This document shows positions 35,685-40,000 of a stretch of 40,000 nucleotides of DNA, in pieces (position 1 is the first letter of the stretch; every line of letters starts with the position of its first letter). Position numbers and translations under genes: made by a program. Where the stretch lies: the NCBI RefSeq assembly GCF_003957745.1, contig NZ_CP020373.1:43763-83762 (forward strand). Direction: 5' to 3'. Under the pieces are notes generated by a model that was given only the letters and a program-made list of their open reading frames with translations, did no database searches and was not told where the DNA came from. Source of the DNA: Shewanella khirikhana (lineage in GTDB: Bacteria; Pseudomonadota; Gammaproteobacteria; Enterobacterales; Shewanellaceae).

Positions 35685-37322
35685 ATGTCGTTAACGCAAA
35701 AGTCGGTTTGGGCAATCTTACATTGGTTGGCGATAGCGGCCGTGCTGGTCAGTCTGGGCTCCGGGCTGCGTATCGCCGTGCTGGAATATCCCTGGCTGCT
35801 GCGGCTCAATGCCTTGCTGCCACAGGGGGAGATGCATGGGCTGCATCTGATTGCCGGCTGGTCATTGACCTTGCTGCTCGTCACTTATACCGGCTTGTTG
35901 CTGCTTGGGCGTCAGGCGGGGCTCATGCCCCATAAAAAGCCCGGCGGTTTTAGCCGTTTTCATTTCAACGTGGGCTGGGCACTGCGGCTTGTTGTGCTGC
36001 TTCTGCTCGGCAGCGGCTGGCTTTTGTACATCGAGGCGCCCTGGCTGGCTGCAGGTGCGGCCAAGCTGCTGCATTTCATTTGCGCCCTGTGCGCAGTATT
36101 GGTGGTGTTTCTTCATGGCAGCGGCTTTCTGCTGCAATCGGGTCGGCGTCTGTTGAGGCTGCTGTTTCAGCCGCTGCAGCAGGCCAGAATTACCCTGCTC
36201 GCGGGCGCCTTGCTGCTGTGTGTGGCCGGGGCGGGGGCCATGGCGCTGCTTGCGCGGGAGACAAACCACAGGCTGCAGGTAGCCACTATCAAAGACGATA
36301 TCTTTATCGAGATAGATGGCCGCGCCGATGAAGCGGTTTGGTCGCAGGCTAAGCCCTTGACCCTGACCACCCACGGCGGCGCCAATTTCGATGAGGGCGC
36401 CACCCCGGTTACCCTGCGGGCGCTGCAAAATGGCAGCGATATGTTTATGCATTTTCGCTGGCAGGACGCCACCGAGAGCCTGGAGCATCTGCCACTGGTG
36501 AAAACCGACAACGGCTGGCAGGTGAGGCAGGATGGTTTTCAGGACTTCGATGAGAAGTCATGGTACGAAGACAAGTTTGCGGTAATAGTCTCAAACAGCT
36601 GTGAATGGGATGCCGCCGGCACCGCCCATCTGGGACCAAAGCCCCTTGATGATAAGCCCAAACACTGGACCGGCCAGGGCTATCATTACCGCGAGCAAGG
36701 GCTGGTGGACCTGTGGCAGTGGAAGGCGGTGCGCACCAATGCCATGAAGCTGATGGACGATAATTACATCTCAACCCCGGCCGAGGCCCGCGCCGGTGAC
36801 AGGCGTTATACCGCGGGTTATCAGCAGGATGCCAACGAGTCCGGGGCCTATAAGATGAATTGGCGCTGGTACAGCGCGGCGGGCATAGTGCCCAAGCGAC
36901 TGCCCCTTGCGGCTGAGCAGCTATCGCTCTATCAAGCTTCTGCACAAGAAGGCGCTGGCATAGCACAAGAAGGCGCAGCTGTGGCGCCCGCTACGACGCC
37001 CGTTGCGGCAGACATACCCTGGGTGATGCCCTGGTTCGATACTGAGCCCTATCAGCAGGGGAAAGACAATTACCCCGTAGGCACTGTGATGCCGTCTATT
37101 CTCTACAGCTCCAATCAGTTCGAGGGCGACCGGGCCCATGTACGTGCCTATGCCCGCTGGCAGGACGGCTATTGGTCGCTGGAAGTGTTTCGCCGTCTGG
37201 ACACAGGCTCGGATAAAGATGTAGCGCTCAGGGATGGGGTATGTCTGTGGGTGGCGGCATTCGATCGAGCTCAAATTCGCCACACCCGCCATGTCAGACC
37301 CATAGCGCTGGAGTTCCAATGA
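35685..37322 (+). CDS. Fusion protein: N-terminal cytochrome b561-like membrane domain plus C-terminal EB_dh/CBM9-like (heme-binding-type) domain
   Basis: 545 aa. The N-terminal TM helices carry conserved-looking His residues (ILHWLAIAAV, MHGLHLIAGW, LLHFICALCAVLVVFLHG). The C-terminal part has DIFIEIDGRADEAVWSQAKPLTLTTHGGANF...LQNGSDMFMHFRWQD, typical of the ethylbenzene-dehydrogenase-like/CBM9 fold. Confidence 0.6.
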   Translation: MSLTQKSVWAILHWLAIAAVLVSLGSGLRIAVLEYPWLLRLNALLPQGEMHGLHLIAGWSLTLLLVTYTGLLLLGRQAGLMPHKKPGGFSRFHFNVGWALRLVVLLLLGSGWLLYIEAPWLAAGAAKLLHFICALCAVLVVFLHGSGFLLQSGRRLLRLLFQPLQQARITLLAGALLLCVAGAGAMALLARETNHRLQVATIKDDIFIEIDGRADEAVWSQAKPLTLTTHGGANFDEGATPVTLRALQNGSDMFMHFRWQDATESLEHLPLVKTDNGWQVRQDGFQDFDEKSWYEDKFAVIVSNSCEWDAAGTAHLGPKPLDDKPKHWTGQGYHYREQGLVDLWQWKAVRTNAMKLMDDNYISTPAEARAGDRRYTAGYQQDANESGAYKMNWRWYSAAGIVPKRLPLAAEQLSLYQASAQEGAGIAQEGAAVAPATTPVAADIPWVMPWFDTEPYQQGKDNYPVGTVMPSILYSSNQFEGDRAHVRAYARWQDGYWSLEVFRRLDTGSDKDVALRDGVCLWVAAFDRAQIRHTRHVRPIALEFQ

Positions 37323-37966
37323 AACGGCCGCGTCGACTGCTGCTGATATTATTGCCGCCGCTGACCTTGGCCACGGCGCTGCTGTTTGGTTATCGCCATG
37401 AGCCTTCGGCGCCCGAGGCATCGCGCTTTATTAAGCTCGATAGTCAGGGGGCGCCGCTGGCGCCCTGGCAGGGCCCTTGGAGCTGCGTGTATGACAGCCA
37501 AACCCAGCTGGTGTGGGAGAATAAAACCGATGATGAATCTATCCACGATGCGCTGTGGACCTACTCCTGGTACCGGGACGGCGCCGGGGTAAGCAACGGC
37601 GGCGATTGTTATTTCGAGAAAGATCGCTGCGATACAGATGATCTGCTGCGCCGCGCCAACCGCGAGGCCATTTGCGGCATCAGCGACTGGCGCCTGCCGA
37701 CGCTCAAAGAGCTCTCGACCCTGGTGAAGGCCAACCCCAAGACCGGCATGGCCAGCATCCACAATGATTACTTCCTGCACACCAAGCGCGGCGATTACTG
37801 GAGCCAGGATCACCGGGTGCCCCTCAGTGGCGTCTATGCCCATCTGGGAGAGGGGGCCCTGGCACTGGACTTTATTACCGGTGAGCCCCGCGCTATTCCC
37901 TATCGCAATGCCGCCTTTGTACGCCTGGTATCATCCAGCCAACCCGCCGCTATCTCATCTCAATAA
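37319..37966 (+). CDS. DUF1566 (Lcl C-terminal domain) protein, exported
   Basis: The start ATG overlaps the upstream stop (ATGA at 37319-37322). It has a signal/anchor (MKRPRRLLLILLPPLTLATALLFG) and the DUF1566 signature WRLPTLKELSTLV. The ORF-track start at 37241 adds an unlikely overlapping extension. Confidence 0.7.
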   Translation: MKRPRRLLLILLPPLTLATALLFGYRHEPSAPEASRFIKLDSQGAPLAPWQGPWSCVYDSQTQLVWENKTDDESIHDALWTYSWYRDGAGVSNGGDCYFEKDRCDTDDLLRRANREAICGISDWRLPTLKELSTLVKANPKTGMASIHNDYFLHTKRGDYWSQDHRVPLSGVYAHLGEGALALDFITGEPRAIPYRNAAFVRLVSSSQPAAISSQ

Positions 37967-38188
37967 CACCTTGATGTGTCAGGTGAAAATTTTTCGCACG
38001 CTGCTTTGTAGTTTATTTGTTAAAACCATTCTTCACCGGATTGTCATGTCTATACTCTAGGATGCTTTACCGGGACGCAGTTCCACAACTCAAAAATGCT
38101 TTATCGGGACGTCAGTCCCTTACCCTGAGCTCGGCGCAGTGGACGCCCCGCGGCGCCGATATAATAAAAAAACTTCAAGGAGGATGTG

Positions 38189-40000
38189 ATGAGAAACACA
38201 CTCTTATTGACAGCTTCACTCGTAAGTACCCTGCTGATGGCACCCCAGGCCACGGCTGGCAGTAAATGGGTTCGTCTGGGATGGCTTGGCGATGCCAGCA
38301 GCGAAGCCATTGTGAGCTTTACCCCCGATGGCACCAACAACAACCCCTATGTGGCCTGGGGATACAGTACCAACGAAAGCAGTTGGTCGTTCCAGCCGGT
38401 GGCGCTGACCACCACCATGGTCTCTATCACCAGCAAGCACGCGCGGCTGGAAAACCTGACCCCGAACTCGGAAGTCTATTTCCGCATTTGTGACGATGCC
38501 GGCTGCGGCGAGCGTTTCTGGTTCAAAACAGCCCCCACCGATAACAGCCCCTTTGTGTTTGTGGCTGGTGGCGATACCCGCACCGGCTGGACCAATCGTC
38601 AGGATGGTAACCGTCTTATCAGTAAAATCCGGCCGCTGTTTGTGATGCATGGCGGCGACTTTACCGACAGTAACAACAACTCCCAGTGGACCCAGTGGCT
38701 GATTGACTGGGAGCTGACTTATTCCAGCGACACCATAGATGGCCTGGCCTACAAGCGCATCTACCCCATGCTGGGCACCCACGGCAACCATGAAGACGGT
38801 GACTTTGCCACCATCTGCAACATGTTCGGCATAGATGCCGATGGCAATGGCAGCTGTTCGGCCAACGACACCTACTACGGGGTGGCCGTGTCGCCGCTGC
38901 TGCGGGTTTATACCCTTAACTCTCAGTTTATGAGCCAGAGCTCGGCGATGCAGAATGCCCAGAACAACTGGCTGGATGCGGATCTCAGCGGTAACGGCGG
39001 CAGCGCCGCCTGGCGGGTGGCCCAGTACCATAAGCCCATGTTTCCTCATTACAGTGGCAAGGCCGATAACCCAACCCTGTTTAACTGGTGGGCGCAGAGA
39101 TTCTTTGACCATGGCATGAATCTGGTGGTGGAGTCAGACACCCACCTGACCAAGATCACCGAGGTGGTGGCGCCCAGCGGCAGCACCTTTGTGGGCAGCG
39201 CCGAAGGCATCAGTGCCGGAACCGTCTATGTGGGTGAGGGCAGTTGGGGCGCACCAGCCCGCTCTGCCAACGACCCCAAGCCCTGGACTGTGGATCTGGC
39301 CAGTATTCAGCAGTTTAAAGTGGTAACCGTATCTGCCGGGCAGATGCAGCTGCGTACCGCCCAGTTTGATGGCTCGCCATCGACCCTCACCAAGGCCCAG
39401 CGCGACGCCGACAGCACCCTGCTGCCCGCCAATATCAACTGGTGGCTGGCCAATGGTGTGGGTGAGGCCATGTTGCTGGAAACCGATAGCAACGGCCGCA
39501 CTGTGCTGGCCGGTGGCGACAATGGCGGCGGTGGAAACAGCGTTACTGTGAATCTGACCGCCACCGACGACACCTTTATTTCCAGCACCAATGGCAGCAG
39601 CAACTATAACGGCTCCGCCGAGCAGCTGTTGGCCGATGGGGTGGATGCCACTTACGGCGAGATGAAGACCCTGATCAAATGGGATCTGGCATCGATCCCG
39701 GGCTGCGCCACCGTGGAAGTGGCCAAGGTACAGCTGAATATCTTCAACCCCTCGGCGGGCAGCTACAACCTCTACAGCGGGGTGAACGGCTGGAGCGAAT
39801 CGACGGCGACCTGGCTGTCGGTGGGGGGCGCTGCCCAGCAGGGCAGTCAAGTCGGTGGCTTTACCCCGGGCTCCAACGGCAATTACGGTATTCAGCTTAA
39901 CGCCACTGGTATCGCCGCGGTGCAAGGCTGGCTGCAGGGCAGCAATAACGGCATCATCATCAGCTCTGCGGGTACTTCCGACGGTATCGATATTAACGAT
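38189..40000 (+). CDS. Secreted purple-acid-phosphatase-like metallophosphoesterase with a C-terminal DNRLRE/CBM-like region, 3'-truncated by the window edge (absent from the ORF track)
   Basis: An SD (aaggagg) lies 7 nt before the ATG at 38189. The frame is open for 604 codons to base 40000. It has a signal peptide (MRNTLLLTASLVSTLLMAPQATA). Metallophosphoesterase motifs: FVAGGDTR, VMHGGDFTD, GTHGNHE, QYHKPMF and VVESDTH. The C-terminal part reads TDDTFISSTNGSSNYNG...TLIKWDLASIP...VQLNIF. Confidence 0.85.
   Translation, partial: MRNTLLLTASLVSTLLMAPQATAGSKWVRLGWLGDASSEAIVSFTPDGTNNNPYVAWGYSTNESSWSFQPVALTTTMVSITSKHARLENLTPNSEVYFRICDDAGCGERFWFKTAPTDNSPFVFVAGGDTRTGWTNRQDGNRLISKIRPLFVMHGGDFTDSNNNSQWTQWLIDWELTYSSDTIDGLAYKRIYPMLGTHGNHEDGDFATICNMFGIDADGNGSCSANDTYYGVAVSPLLRVYTLNSQFMSQSSAMQNAQNNWLDADLSGNGGSAAWRVAQYHKPMFPHYSGKADNPTLFNWWAQRFFDHGMNLVVESDTHLTKITEVVAPSGSTFVGSAEGISAGTVYVGEGSWGAPARSANDPKPWTVDLASIQQFKVVTVSAGQMQLRTAQFDGSPSTLTKAQRDADSTLLPANINWWLANGVGEAMLLETDSNGRTVLAGGDNGGGGNSVTVNLTATDDTFISSTNGSSNYNGSAEQLLADGVDATYGEMKTLIKWDLASIPGCATVEVAKVQLNIFNPSAGSYNLYSGVNGWSESTATWLSVGGAAQQGSQVGGFTPGSNGNYGIQLNATGIAAVQGWLQGSNNGIIISSAGTSDGIDIND

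Noticed and set aside
33819-36966. Long alternative-frame ORFs over the MFS and cytochrome-b fusion genes (34428..35417 at 329 aa, 33847..34224, 34153..34632, 35862..36488, 36445..36966, 36921..37421).
   Set aside because: They overlap strongly supported genes (12-TM MFS, cytochrome-b/EB_dh fusion). They are Arg/Gly/Gln/His-rich and have no independent start signals.
37241-37318. Upstream extension of the DUF1566 ORF (start at 37241) overlapping the preceding gene by 82 nt.
   Set aside because: The ATG at 37319 forms an ATGA overlap with the upstream stop and begins a typical signal sequence. The extension (MSVGGGIRSSSNSPHPPCQTH...) looks like out-of-frame read-through of the upstream gene.
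38216-39925. Two long minus-strand ORFs from the track (38216..39112, 298 aa; 39134..39925, 263 aa).
   Set aside because: They lie antisense to the motif-rich plus-strand metallophosphoesterase frame (38189 to the window end). Their translations are Gly/Ala/Val/His-rich with no start context, signal or domain motif. They look like shadow ORFs typical of high-G+C coding DNA.

Overview
The window looks like a gammaproteobacterial chromosome. The Shewanella-like assignment is inferred from groESL, gene content and about 55% G+C in core genes, and I could not verify it.

Core backbone:
- A 5'-truncated HExxH zinc metalloprotease.
- An efflux cluster: an RND permease and MFP adaptor, a divergent LysR regulator, and a MATE pump.
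- groES-groEL with a textbook sigma-32 promoter.
- Downstream: a Tim44-like protein, a NYN/LabA protein, a truncated hemoglobin, a large secreted protein, a YcaD-like MFS transporter with an acidic tail, a cytochrome-b/EB_dh-like fusion coupled to a DUF1566 gene, and a metallophosphoesterase.
- The metallophosphoesterase ORF (38189 to the window end) is missing from the supplied ORF track.

Accessory region:
- About 16 kb between the groEL terminator (about 12.0 kb) and the Tim44-like gene (about 28.4 kb) looks like a mosaic accessory hotspot.
- All large cargo modules lie on the minus strand. They are separated by copies of a structured repeat family, by 0.25-0.7 kb direct and inverted repeats, and by three copies of the groEL-terminator hairpin.
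- The cargo is two secreted amidohydrolases, an M16 peptidase, a small lipoprotein (on the plus strand), and an AT-rich (about 30% G+C by eye) defence island.

Defence island:
- A RexA/RexB-like abortive-infection pair.
- A tightly coupled three-gene operon: a beta-class amino-DNA methyltransferase, a HerA-type ATPase and a NurA-like nuclease.
- The operon is the most interesting candidate. It looks like a restriction-modification-like system whose restriction arm would be a HerA-NurA translocase/nuclease. I do not recognise it as any named defence system.

No rRNA, tRNA, CRISPR array, transposase or integrase was seen.
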